Shown here piece by piece: positions 25,995 to 37,277 of a DNA stretch of 64,000 bases. The notes beneath the pieces were generated by a model, which saw only the letters and a list, made by a program, of their open reading frames with translations, was not told the DNA's origin and ran no database searches. Position 1 is the first letter of the stretch, and the number at the start of each line of letters is the position of its first letter. The DNA is taken from positions 18,744,341 through 18,808,340 of the forward strand of contig NC_083409.1 of the NCBI RefSeq assembly GCF_020745735.1. Direction: 5' to 3'. A program made the position numbers and the translations under genes. Source of the DNA: Hemiscyllium ocellatum (lineage: Eukaryota).

Positions 25995-26930
25995 AGGTCC
26001 TGGTCATCACATTCTGGGAAGGATGTGATTGTACTTGAGAGGGGGCAGAGGAGATTTCCCAGGATGCTGTCTGGGATGGAGGGTCAGCTATGAGGAAAGA
26101 TTGGAAAGGTTGGGGCTGTTTTCCTTGGAGCATTGAAAGTTGAGAGGGACCTGATAGAGAGGTATAAGATAATTGTTGGCAGTGATATGTTGCATAGGAA
26201 GGCACTTTATACAAGAGTAAAGGACTCAATAACCAGGGACAGAGATTGAAGGTAGCACAGACATGGACACATTGAAATTTGGAACAGGAGCAGGCTATTC
26301 GGCCCTTTGAGTCTTGTGTGTCATTCAGTATGATCATGGCTGATCCTCTCTCTCAATGCTGTGTTGCTGCTTTCCCCCCCATTTCTTTCATGCTGTTAAA
26401 ACACAAAACAACTCTTTTTTTTTCTTGAATATATTCAGTTCCTTGTCCTCCACAGCCGTTTGTGGTAGAGAATTCATCAGGTTGACCATCCTCTGAGTGA
26501 AGAAATGTTTCCTCATCTTAGTCCTAAATGGTCTACCCCGTATCTCCCTGAGCCTGTGTCCCCTGGTTCCAGACTCCCCAACCAGGGGAACCCTCCTCCC
26601 TGCCCAGCCCTGTTGCAATTTTATACGTTTCAATCAGATCCCGTCTCATCCTTCTAAACTCGAGTGAATCCAGGCCCAGTTGAGTTGCAGAGTGAGAGGA
26701 GAATTGAGGAGAAATGTTTTCACCCAGAGGGAGGTGGGAGTCTGGAACTCACTGCCTGAAAGGCTGGTTGAGTCACAAACTCTCATGACATTGGAGCAGT
26801 GTTTAGATATTCCCTTGTGTTGCTGTAGCCTCCAGGGTAATGGACCAAGAGCTGGAGGATGGGATTAGTGACATCAGATCTTTGTTTATCAGTACAGATA
26901 CAATGGGCCAAATGGCCTCATTCAGTGTTG
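25995..26930. mobile_element. Short CR1 3' fragments immediately upstream of the V promoter
   Basis: CR1 C-terminal and 3' UTR motifs in both orientations. Confidence 0.7.
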
Positions 26931-26970
26931 TTCACATCAATCACTCTCTGAGACAAAGAGAGAGTGAGAA

Positions 26971-27066
26971 GAGGAAGTGTGAGGGGCTGACGTGGCTCTC
27001 TCTGCCTGATCCATTTACACACTGAGGAACACCCAGTCAGACTCTCACAGGCTGCAGCTTTATAAA
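26971..27066 (+). promoter_or_regulatory. V promoter: Ets/PU box, CRE-like element and TATA box
   Basis: GAGGAAGT 26971-78, TGACGTGG 26988-95 and TATAAA 27061-66 upstream of the leader ATG. Function is inferred. Confidence 0.65.
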
Positions 27067-27126
27067 GCAGAGCCCAGTGAAGGGAGAGTTTATCAGGAAC
27101 CAGGCACAGGGACAGGAGCACACACC

Positions 27127-27175
27127 ATGATTTCACACATCCAGCTGATCTGGCCCCTGGCATTCTGTGTCGCAG
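27127..27175 (+). CDS. IGKV: Ig kappa-type light chain leader exon (MISHIQLIWPLAFCVA + G, phase 1)
   Basis: ATG in CACACCATGA about 60 bp downstream of a TATA box. Hydrophobic signal peptide, GT donor at 27176, and phase compatible with the V exon. Confidence 0.9.
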
Positions 27176-27361
27176 GTACAAATCTCTCTCCTTCCACCTT
27201 GAATCTTTAGCTGCTCTCCATTTCACTCCAATTCCACTGACTTGTGATTGAAGGGAAAATGCTGAAACCAGAGGAATGCTCAGTGTCTCCAACAATCTCT
27301 CATTTGACCGACTCTTTCTGTGACAGTTCTGACTTCACTGTGTTTCTCTCTGACCCCTCAG

Positions 27362-27660
27362 GTATCAGTGGGGACATCATCATGACTCAGTCTCCCCCGG
27401 TGCTGTCAGTGGGACGGGGCCAGACCGCAACCATCACCTGTATAGCCAGTCAATATGTTAGCAATGAGCTTTCCTGGTACCAGCAGCGAGAAGGTCAGAA
27501 ACCCTCTCTCCTGATCTATGATGCAACAACTCGATTCACAGGAGTCTCCGATCGATTCACCGGCAGTGGATCAGGGACCAGTTTCACCCTGACAATCAGC
27601 AACGTTCAGAATGAGGATGTCGCTGACTATTACTGTATGCAGGATTACAGCTCCCCTCGA
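27362..27660 (+). CDS. IGKV: Ig kappa-type V exon (..[53 protein letters not shown])
   Basis: AG acceptor at 27360-61 after a pyrimidine tract. Open frame with both V-domain cysteines, WYQQ, GSGSGT and DYYC, and an 11-residue kappa-length CDR1. Abuts a 12-RSS. Confidence 0.96.
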
Positions 27661-27688
27661 CACAGTGACACAGAGCCATACAAAAACC
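27661..27688 (+). other. V recombination signal sequence, 12-bp spacer
   Basis: CACAGTG + ACACAGAGCCAT (12 bp) + ACAAAAACC, all consensus. Confidence 0.98.
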
Positions 27689-28097
27689 TCAAAGCACACA
27701 GAATCACCTCCTGTACTGACACATCCACGGTTATATAAAATGCAAAATAATGGACACACAGTCCCACCGCCTGAACTGCCATATCCCACAGTTAGATCTA
27801 AATGAAACTGAACAAATTACCCCATGCTGGGATTGTCACTGTCCATGACACACTCCAGTCCCTGTGGTGTCTCAACGCTCACTGAAGGCCTCAGGTTTCC
27901 CTCTTCCACTCCATGGCCACATGTGACGAGCAGCTGCAAGATTTAACAACAAAAAATAAAGTTCACAACCCAGAGGCAGAGACAGAAAGACACATGAATG
28001 AGGGAGAGACTGATAGGGGCAAAAAGAGGGTGAGAGTGATCAACAGACTGGGAAATAGGGAGAGGGTGAGAGTGATAAGAGGGATACAGAGAGCTGA

Positions 28098-28136
28098 GGT
28101 TTTTGTACAGCCTCTGCACTGGGAGCTCTCACTGTG
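28098..28136 (-). other. J recombination signal sequence, 23-bp spacer
   Basis: On +: GGTTTTTGT (28098-106), 23 bp spacer, CACTGTG (28130-36). It faces the V RSS, so joining would delete the 476 bp between V and J. V-12/J-23 is the kappa configuration. Confidence 0.98.
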
Positions 28137-28171
28137 GTACACGTTCGGTAAAGGAACCAAGCTCAGACTGA
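28137..28171 (+). CDS. IGKJ: Ig kappa-type J segment (YTFGKGTKLRL)
   Basis: FGxG motif, with a consensus GTAAGT donor at 28172-77 in phase 1. Confidence 0.96.
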
Positions 28172-28540
28172 GTAAGTAAACCTCAATCCTCTGTTATTAA
28201 CCCTGTCAATACTGAAACTTTGTAAATCACAAATGCTGAATTGCTGCAGGTGTTAGTGGGGAGCTGCAGTGAATGAAATGGTTGATTGAGGAGCACTGTG
28301 TCTAACAGGGTGTCCAGCTGTATTTCTGTCGTCCTATTGCCCCCTTTAAGCAGCAAGATATAAGTCAGTCAGTTTTACTCACCGTGTGGAGGAGCTCTGT
28401 CCATTTGCAGCCTGTGGTCCCATTCCTGCAGCATGGAGTGAAATCAGTGAGTAGCCTCCTGCCAGTCTCAGTGTGATGGACTCTGGCAGAGTTTGATGTG
28501 AGCTCTGGCTCCCTGTCCCAGTCTCTGATCTCACTGACCT

Positions 28541-28591
<51 letters not shown>
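28541..28591. repeat. (CAG)17 microsatellite in the J-C intron
   Basis: Perfect 51-bp tract read directly from the sequence. Confidence 0.97.
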
Positions 28592-28593
<2 letters not shown>

Positions 28594-29379
28594 CAGTGAG
28601 ACACCGAGCTCCCATGTCCCCCAGCTTTAACTCTGCTCAATCACACAATCACAGAATTGTTACAGTGCACACGGAGGCCGTTCCGCCCATCCTGTCTGCA
28701 CCGGCTCTCTGAATGAGCAATTCACTGAGTGTCATTCTCCTGCTTTTTCCCTGTCACCCTGCACATTGTTCCTTTTCAAATAACATTCTCATTCCCTTCG
28801 GAATGTTTCAATTGAAGCTGCCTCCACCACACTCTCAGGCAGTGCATTCCACACCTTAACCACCCACTGGCTGAAAATGTTGTTCACTCATCTCACTTTT
28901 GCTTCTTTTACTAATTATTTTCAATCCATGGCCTCTCCCTCTCAATTCTTTCTCAGGTGGGAACATTTTCTCCTAGTTTACTCTGTTCAGACCCCTCCTG
29001 ATTTTGAATTTCTCGTTCAAATCTCCTCTCTGCCTTCTTTTCTCTGAGGAAAACAGTCCCAACTTCTTCAGTCTATCTTCATAACTAATGTCCCTCATCC
29101 TCGATGGTCAGATAGCCCACTCCTGCTCCTATTTCTAATGTTCTTATTATCTTATGTTCCTATGCGAGAGACACACATCAGATTTCCACTTTACAATCTG
29201 TGGCTGTACCTTCCCAGTCTTATTCCCAAAACTCTGTGCAGTCCCATCCTTACACAGTGACCCTGATTTAGAATTTATTACTCTCTCTCCCTCCCTCTGA
29301 AACTGGGGAAGAAGTTCTATTCCTTATTCTGGTGCTATCTATCTCTCCCAGGATTCTGTGCACCTCTGTGTTCCTCTCT

Positions 29380-30350
29380 GGTATTAGCTCCTGGATCCCA
29401 TAGGCCAAGTTAGTTTAAACCCTCTCCAACAGCACGAGTAAATCACCCCAAAGGAACTCAGTCCCAGGTCTGTTCAGGAGCAACCCGTCTGGTCTGTACA
29501 TGTCCATCTCCCCCCAAAGCCAGTCCCAATGTTAAAATAATTGAAAGACCTTCCTCCTGGACTGTCTTTTCAGTTCCACCGTCACCTGTGCTATCCTCCT
29601 CTTTCTATTCTCAGTTGTGTGTGGCACTAGGGATATTCCTATTTTTGAGCTCCTGCTGCGAATTCCCTCTGGAACTCCCTAAATTCTGAATGCAGGACTA
29701 CATCCCTTTTCTCCCTCTGTCACTGGGACCGATGTGGACCACAACTGCTGCCTGTTCCCCCTCTCCCCTCAGGGTGCTCTGCAGCAGCTCAGTGACATCC
29801 TTCACCCTGGCATCAGGGAGATAACACACCATCCTGGATTCCCATCTGCAGCTGCAAAAACACCTATCGATGCCCTCACTCTCGAATCTCCTCTCACTAT
29901 CGCTCTTCCAGTCTTCCTTGTGCCCCCCCTGGACAGCTGAGCCCCCCGTGGTGCCAGGGACTTGGCTCTGGCTGCACTCCCCAGATGAACCATCATTCTC
30001 ATCAGGATTCCAAACTGAATCCTGGTTGGAGAGTGGGATGCACTCAGGGGACTTTGGGACTGTCTGCTGCTCCCCCATTCCCTCTCTCCCTGCATACTCT
30101 GAAGCTGCAGAGTGAGCACATTTAGAAACGTGCTCTCCACAGAGCTCTCAGAGTCACGGACGCTCCGCACTGATACCAGCTGCTGCTCAAGCTCCGAAAC
30201 CCGGAGTTCCAACTACTGTCACTGACCACACTTCCTGTACTCATGGTATTCCAGGAAGCAGGACAAGCAGTTCCCTCATGCAACCTGATGCTCACTCTCA
30301 CCACTCCCTGATTATCTTTTGTCAAAGTACTTTTGAGAAACAGCAACAGC
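29380..30350 (-). mobile_element. CR1 ORF1 remnant (coiled-coil and SGNH esterase-like region)
   Basis: ELRVSELEQQL, GDSRVR and RMVCYLPDARVKDV..VVVHIG on the minus strand, frameshifted. Confidence 0.78.
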
Positions 30351-30380
30351 AGGGCTCACAATCCAGTACTTTCAATGTCC

Positions 30381-30719
30381 ATAGAATCACATAATTCCTA
30401 CAGTATGGAAACAGGCCATTTGGACCAACAAGTCCACACTGACCCCTCGAACAGTAACCTACCCAGACCCATTCCCCTACCTTTTTAACCTACATTTACT
30501 CCTGACTTAAGTACCTAACCTATACTATGGGCAATTTAGCATGGCCAATTCACCGAACCTGCACAGCTTTGGACTGTGGGAGGAAACCAGAGCACCCGGA
30601 GGAAACCCACGCAGGCACAGGGAGAACATGCAAACTCCACACAGACAGACGCCCGAGGCTAGAATCAAACCTGGGACCATAGCGCTGTGAGGCAGCAGGG
30701 CTAACCACTAAGTGACCGT
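30381..30719 (-). mobile_element. HE1-like SINE
   Basis: Same body as 44722-45031. Confidence 0.85.
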
Positions 30720-31289
30720 ACTTCCAGTTTTCCAGGGTTTCAAGGAACCTCTACATAAACCCAAAATACTTAAGATATAGGAGCAGAATTGGGCCAGTCA
30801 GAAGAGAGTCTGCTCTGCCATTTGATCTTGTGTGATGTGTTTCTCAACCCCATTATCCCTTTAACTTTTGATCTCCTTACTGATCAAGAACCTATCTGTC
30901 TCTGTTTTAAATGCTTTCAACGTCTTGGCATCCATAGACCTCTGTGACAATGAATTCCGCAGATTCACCACCCGATGGCTGAAGAAATGCCTCCTTATCT
31001 CAGTTCTGACGGATCACTCTGAGGCTTTGCCTTCGGGCCGGAGTTTCTTCTATTCGTGGAAACACCTTCTCCATGTTCTCCAGGCCTCTCAATATTCTGT
31101 AGTTTCAATAAGATTCCCCCATCATCTTTCTAAACACAATTGCATACAGATCCAGAATCCTCGGGTAGTCCATCGGGTCTGAATGATTTATCCACCTTCA
31201 GACCTTTCAGCTGCCTCAACCCCTCCACCTTAGTGATGCCCTCTCCACTCACTTCTGCTCCCAACTCTCTTGAAGGTCAGGTGTACTGG

Positions 31290-32730
31290 CTGATATTTAA
31301 GCATCATGGTTAGCCACAGGTGAGGTGCCAGAACACTGGAGGATAGTGAAGACTATGCCATTATTCAAAAAGGGCTGAAAAACAAAAGCCTGCGAATTAT
31401 AAGCTTAACATTTATGGTGGGTAAGTTGTTTGATAAGATAAGATACACATGCATTTGGAAAGAGTGGATTTGATTAGGAGTTGTCAGCATGACTTTGTGA
31501 GTGGGAGAATATGCCTCACAAATTTGTTAAGGTACTTTGATGAATTTACCAGGAAGGTTGATGAGGGCAGGATGGTAGACGTGGTCTATATGGATTTCAG
31601 TGAGGCCTTTGATAAGGTTCCACATGGTAGGCTGTTATGGAAGGTTAGATTGCATGGAATCCAAGGTGACCTGGCAAATTGAATACACGATTGGCTTGAT
31701 GGTAGAAAGCACAGGGTAATAGGGGAAGAATCCTTATTGTACTGGAGGCCTGTGACTAGTGGAGTGCCTCAGTGGTCAGTGCTGAGCCCATTGCTGTTTG
31801 TTATCTATAACAATGTTTTGGATGAGAATGTACAAGGCATGGTTAGTGAGTTTGCTGATGGCACTCAAATAAGCAGCATCGTGGACAGTGCGGACAGTTA
31901 TCAGAAATTGCAGCAGGACCTTGCTCAGCTGGGGAAGTGGGCCGAGAAATGACAAATAGAGTTTAATACAGACAAATGTGAGGTCTTGTATTTTGGAAAT
32001 TTAAAGCAAGGTAGGAGTTTCATGGTGAATGATAGGACCTTAAGGAATATAGTGGAACAGAGGGTCCTTAGAATTCAGATAAGCAGTTCTCTGAAAATGG
32101 AGTCACAGTAAATAGAGCAGAGAAGAGAGCTTTTTCTGCAGTGCCCTTCATCAGTCAGAGTATTGACTACAGATGTTGGGAAGTTATGTTGCAGTTATGC
32201 AGGACACTGGTGAAGCCACACTTGGAATATTGTGTTCAGTTTTGGTCACCTTGTTCCAGGAAGGATGTTATTAAACTGGAAAGAGTGCAGAAGAAATTTG
32301 CAAGGATGTTGCCAGGATTCAATCGTTTGGGTTAAAGGGAGAGTACTTTTTTCTTTAGAGTGTAGGAGACTGAGGGAGGACCTCATAAGATCATGAGAGG
32401 CATGGATAGGGTGAATTCACTTGGTCCTTTCCCCAAGGTTTGCGAATATGAGCTAGAGCGCATCAGTTTAAGGTTAGAGGGGAAAGAATAAAAGGGAACC
32501 TGAGGGGCAACCTTTTTACACATAGGATTGTTCGCATATGGAATGAGCTGCCAGTGGAAGTGGTTGAGGTGGGTACATTAATAACATTTAAAAGGCGTTT
32601 GGACAAATACAGCAAAGGAAAGGATTCAGAAGGATATGGGCCAAGTGCAGGATTAGCGTAAATGGACATTTTGGTTGGCATGGACCAGTTTGGTCCAAAT
32701 GGCCTGTCTCCATGCTGTAGGACTCTGTGA
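31290..32730 (+). mobile_element. CR1 RT and 3' end, degenerate
   Basis: DFSEAFDKVPHG, GVPQWSVLSP, EFADGT and LEYCVQFWSP motifs. Confidence 0.88.
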
Positions 32731-32733
32731 CAT

Positions 32734-33333
32734 TGTTATGGACCAGGCCAGACCCTTTGAAACATTTTAAGAATGCAGCCCAGACCTTACCTTTTCGAAT
32801 TGTGATAAGCAAATGTAACCTGGATATTCCAGGAATGATACAACTGGCCAAACCACTCAGCTTGAAGGAAAAGAGAATTTATTTACAATCAAAAGAAAAC
32901 AGAATTTAGAATAACTTAACTATTTGAAAATCCAACTGACAAAAAAAATGTAACTTGACAAAGAGTTGTTCCAATTTGCTGTAATAGCCTTGGCAAAAAG
33001 GTAAATATAAACACAGGGGTTCTTACAGGGGAGGAATTTCAGACAGTTGAGTCCACTGGAAAATGTTGAATTGGGGAACCTTTCTCACCAGCAGCTTTCT
33101 TTATCCAGGAGCTTCCAACCGACTGTTTGTCAAAAACAGCAAACTGGAAGAACTGGCCATTCTCCTTTTATTGGACAAGTGTTTAATATAAAACCTAAAA
33201 GCCTTTTCCCTGACTGTTGCCTTAGGCAGTATCTGTTAGCCATGAGCAAAGTCCCTAACCCAGACAAATTGGAACCTCTGCCTTTACAACCCCTCTTGAA
33301 AAAAAAATCCAAGGACAACTCAAACTTGTGAAA
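32734..33333. mobile_element. Possible solo LTR
   Basis: A 600-bp non-coding block starting TGTTATGG and ending TTGTGAAA (a degenerate TG..CA) between CR1 pieces. No clear TSD. Confidence 0.3.
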
Positions 33334-33339
33334 TGAGCA

Positions 33340-34700
33340 GCATTGCCACACTACTGTGAAAGCTGATTTAAGGCACCGATGCAGTTTTTCCACCATTTCT
33401 TTGTTCCCCATTACTACTTCTGCCTTTTCCAGTGGTACAATTTCTATTATTGACTCCCTCTTGCCTTTCATATATCTAAAGAAAACCTCTTGCAATATTC
33501 TTTTATGTTACTAACTCGCTGACCCTTGTATTTTATTTACACACCCACCCTTACTTTTTTTAGTTACTCTCTGCTGTTTTGTAAAGGCTTCCCAATCCTC
33601 CGGCTTCCCAATAATCTTCACCACATTGCATGTTTTTTCTTTTGCTTTTATGCTGACCCTGACTTCCCTCATCAGCCATGGTTGCCTTGGCCTCCACTCA
33701 GTACCTGTCTTCTTCCTTGGGTTGAATTCCTGCTCTGCCTCCCAAATTACCCCCAGAAACTCCTGCCATTGCTGCTCCATTCTCTCTTATGCTCAGCTTC
33801 CTTTCTTACCAACTCTGGCCAGCTCCTCCCTCATGTCTTTGTAGTTACCTTAAGTTAATTGCATTACCGGTACAACTGACTCCAGATTCCCTGTCACAAA
33901 CTGCAGGGTGAATTCTGTCATATTACGGTCAATGCCCCCAAGGGATTCCTTCACCCTAAGTTCCCTAATCAGGTCTGCTTCAATACACATCACCCAATCC
34001 AGAATTGCCTGTTCCATAGTGATCTCTACCACAAGCTGCTCTAAAAACCATGTCGTAAACATTCCATTAATTCCTACCCTTGAGATCCCCAAACAACTTA
34101 ATTTTCTAGTCTCCCTGCATATTGAAGTCCCTCATGACTATTATAGCAGGGCCTTCTCTATCACCTGATTTATTTTCTTCCTCATATCCTGACTGCTGCT
34201 GGGGGGTCCTGTGCTAAGTTCTCATCATGCTCTTTCTCCCTTGCAACTCCTCACCTCTACCCACACAGATTGAATGCATTCCAACTCTAAATCCCTTCTT
34301 GTGATTGATCTCATTTCATTTCTTACCAAGACGGTAACCCCATCCCATCTGCCCATCAGCATGTCCTGTCAATCGGATGTGCATCCTTGAGTATTTCATT
34401 CCCAGTCCTCAACCCCTTACAGCCAGGTCTCTGTGATACTCAAAACATCAAACCGTGCCAATTCCAATCTGTGTTACAAGCTCATTTACCTCATTTCGGA
34501 TACTCCCTGCATTCAGGTACAACACCCTCAGTCCTGCATTGACTACCCTCCTTTTCATAGTTGTCCCCTTATGCACTGTGCCTAAAATTAATTTTCGGAC
34601 CCTTTCCATAATCTATGTCCTATTAATTATTCTGGAAACTTTACTAACCTCTCCTGAGCCCTGCGTCACTTTAATGATTTTAAAGTCCTTGGGAACCTCA
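33340..34700 (-). mobile_element. CR1 endonuclease-region fragment (paralog at 56630-57080)
   Basis: Minus-strand TMEQAILDWVMC..LGGIDRNMTEF, typical of the CR1 APE C-terminal region. Confidence 0.75.
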
Positions 34701-35139
34701 ATTTGTGGCATCACTCTGTCTACCTTATTCCGAATGCGTTATCATACAAAGACTTTAGGTTATTTCTACAGTCTGTATTGCCTTGTTACAATATGACATT
34801 CACAAATTCTGATCCTTCCTTTTATTTTCTGGTAACAATCAAACTCATCACTAACCACGACTCCCACCTTCGCCTGTGCCTTTCATTTTCTCACGTTTTG
34901 TGCAACTGAACCCATTTGCTTTCTCTTTGGGTTGACGTCAGGTCAATATTTATCCCTGAAATATCACTGAACATGCTTCATAATCTCATTTATGTTTGTG
35001 CGATATTGCTGTGTACGAATTGTGTTTTCTGCATTACAACAGTGATCAGTGTCCAGACAAGTCCCTCACTCTCCGTAAATGCTTTGGGAGAGCCTGACAT
35101 ACAAGTCTCTCTTTTGATGCACTCGGAGCCTTTCAGATA

Positions 35140-35300
35140 TCAGAGATGCCATTCCGTGGCTCTATTAGACAGACAGCAGGACGGTGTCTCCTGGTGTCCT
35201 GGTCAATATTGATTCCCTAATGAGCATCACTGAAAATCTGATCCTCGCCTCATTGTCACCCAGCTCTCTGGGATCTTGCTGAGCACAGTCTGATGGAAAG
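35140..35300 (+). mobile_element. Old SINE fragment resembling the Deu domain (paralog at 58265-58420; other copies at 44100-44410 on - and 57340-57470)
   Basis: Resembles, from recall, the DeuSINE/SacSINE1 core (..CTCCTGGTGTCCTGGTCAATATT..GGGATCTTGCTG..). Needs a Repbase or SINEBase check. Confidence 0.45.
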
Positions 35301-36148
35301 AGCCACTGCAACATCCTTAGGTGGAGGCAGGTGCAACATAAATGCAAGTCTTTCTTTGAGGTTGGAGTCTCCTGAACATGACCCTTGCCCGTTGGATGCA
35401 CGCTTCCATCTTCCAGGGAACATGGGATCATTAAGAGCAGTGTCACTGTCTGATCCCAGGACACTGAGACTCTTTGCACCCTCACATTTGACCTTACCCC
35501 AGTGCTGAGCTGGAAGATTTGAAACAAAATCTGGAACCTTCTACATGGACACCCAACGTGACTCCTTCCTGAAGTGTGCTGATCCAACTCTGCTCCAATG
35601 TTGTTGGATAAAGTTCTCCCGAGCTGTGAGTGATCGGAGGTTTGTTAAAGAGGTGTCGAACTCCACCCCACATACCAGCTCTTGCTCCATAGCTCTGGAG
35701 GCTTTGGTGTTTCAAGTGAATATCCAGGTGTTTTTTTCAATGTGATGAGGGTTTCTGCCGCTCTCACCCTTTCAGACAGTGAGGTCCTGATCCCACCAGC
35801 CACTGGGTGAAACAATTACTCCTCAACTCCCCTCAAACCCTGCCCCCAATTCATTTCCATCTCTCCCCATGGTTATTGCCCTCTGTGCTGATGGAAATCA
35901 GTCCTTCCTACCCACTCTATCCAGACCCCTCATCATTTTACACACCATCGATCAAATCTCCCCTCAGCCTCCTGTGTTCCAAAGAAACCAGTCCCAGCCA
36001 ATCCAATCATTCCTCAAAGCTAATACTCCTCATTCCTGACAAAACCCTCCACTGTCCCCATCTCTAGGGGAATCACATCCTTCCTGCAATGTGGTGACCA
36101 GAACTGCACACAGTTCTCTCACTGTGCTCTAACGGGGCTTCATTTGAG

Positions 36149-36328
36149 GTCAGAAGTCACACGACACCAGGTTATAGTCCAACAGGCTTATTTCAAATCA
36201 CAAGCTTTCAGAGCTCTGTTCCTTCAGCACTGAAGTCGCTTCACCTGAAGATGGAGCAGCGTTTCACAAGCTCGTGATTTTAAATAAACCTGTTGGACTG
36301 TAACCTGGTGTCATGTGACTCCTGAACA
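36149..36328. repeat. 180-bp palindromic PLE-derived element in the J-C intron
   Basis: Arms TCACACGACACCAGGTTATAGTCCAACAGG / CCTGTTGGACTGTAACCTGGTGTCATGTGA. Related copies at 5330-5460, 46880-47000, 61365-61840 and 62062-62150. Confidence 0.85.
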
Positions 36329-36948
36329 TGTCCACTCCAGTCGGACACCAGAGCCTCCACATCATATCGATAGTTTCACATCTTTGCTGAGACTCTCTCT
36401 TTGGGAGTGTCACTCTTACTCTTTTGGGAAAAGATTCTGAATGATCTCTGTGCCTGTCTCATCCTTGGAGACCTCCCACTGCCCTGTCACTGATCTCCCA
36501 TCAAGGCGATGGTTCCAGTACTCTTTTATCAAATTACCACACAGTTTGGTAAAATGGATTGTTCCAAAATCAAAACTTTTACACTTGCTCCACGGTTCTC
36601 CATTTCCATCCCTATTCTCAATCTCACTGAGTTCCGATCACTGTCACTAAAATGCTCCCACATTGATAGCCCTTCCAGCTGCCCACATTCATTCCTCAAA
36701 TGGTGGTCCAGGACTGTCCCTTATCATTCTGCTGCGTCACCATCACCTTCTCAGAGACAGTTAGGGATGGGCAGCGACTGGCTCTGCCAGTGCCGTACAC
36801 GTCCCAAAAAGCAATTTTTAAAATGCCAGTGCTTTGTCAGGTCTGCTAGGTACTGGGTACAAATGTTCAAATGTTTTACCAGTTACTGTTCAGAGAGTTT
36901 ATGTACCTTCAAAAGGCAGGGATTAAAATTGTTTCTCTTGTCTTTCAG

Positions 36949-37277
36949 TCCGTGACAACTCTCAGCCCAAGCTGACCCTGCTGCCCCCCTCCCCGGAGCA
37001 GATCAATGCCAAGGGCACTGCCATCCTGGTGTGCCTTGCCAATCACTTCTATCCCGATGAGCTGGAGGTGCAGTGGAAGAAGGACGGTGCAGTCATTTCG
37101 GACGGGGTTCAGACCAGCAACTACCTGCGAGCTTCGGACAGCACCTACAGTGTCAGCAGCCTGCTGACCCTCTCTAGGTCTGACTGGGAGTCCAACGCTC
37201 GCTTCTCCTGTGCCCTCACCCACGTGACCCTCCCCTCTCCCCTCAGCAAGGGCATCAGGAGATCAGAATGTGTGTAG
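36949..37277 (+). CDS. IGKC: Ig kappa-type C exon (RDNSQPKLTLLPPSPEQ..LVCLANHFYP..WKKDG..FSCALTH..SECV*)
   Basis: Acceptor TCTTTCAG at 36941-48, phase-matched to J. Open frame with both C1-set cysteines, the Trp, FYP and a penultimate interchain Cys, ending in TAG. Confidence 0.96.

Noticed and set aside
28365-28640. Poly-Ala and poly-Leu ORFs
   Set aside because: Translation artefacts of the intronic (CAG)17 tract.
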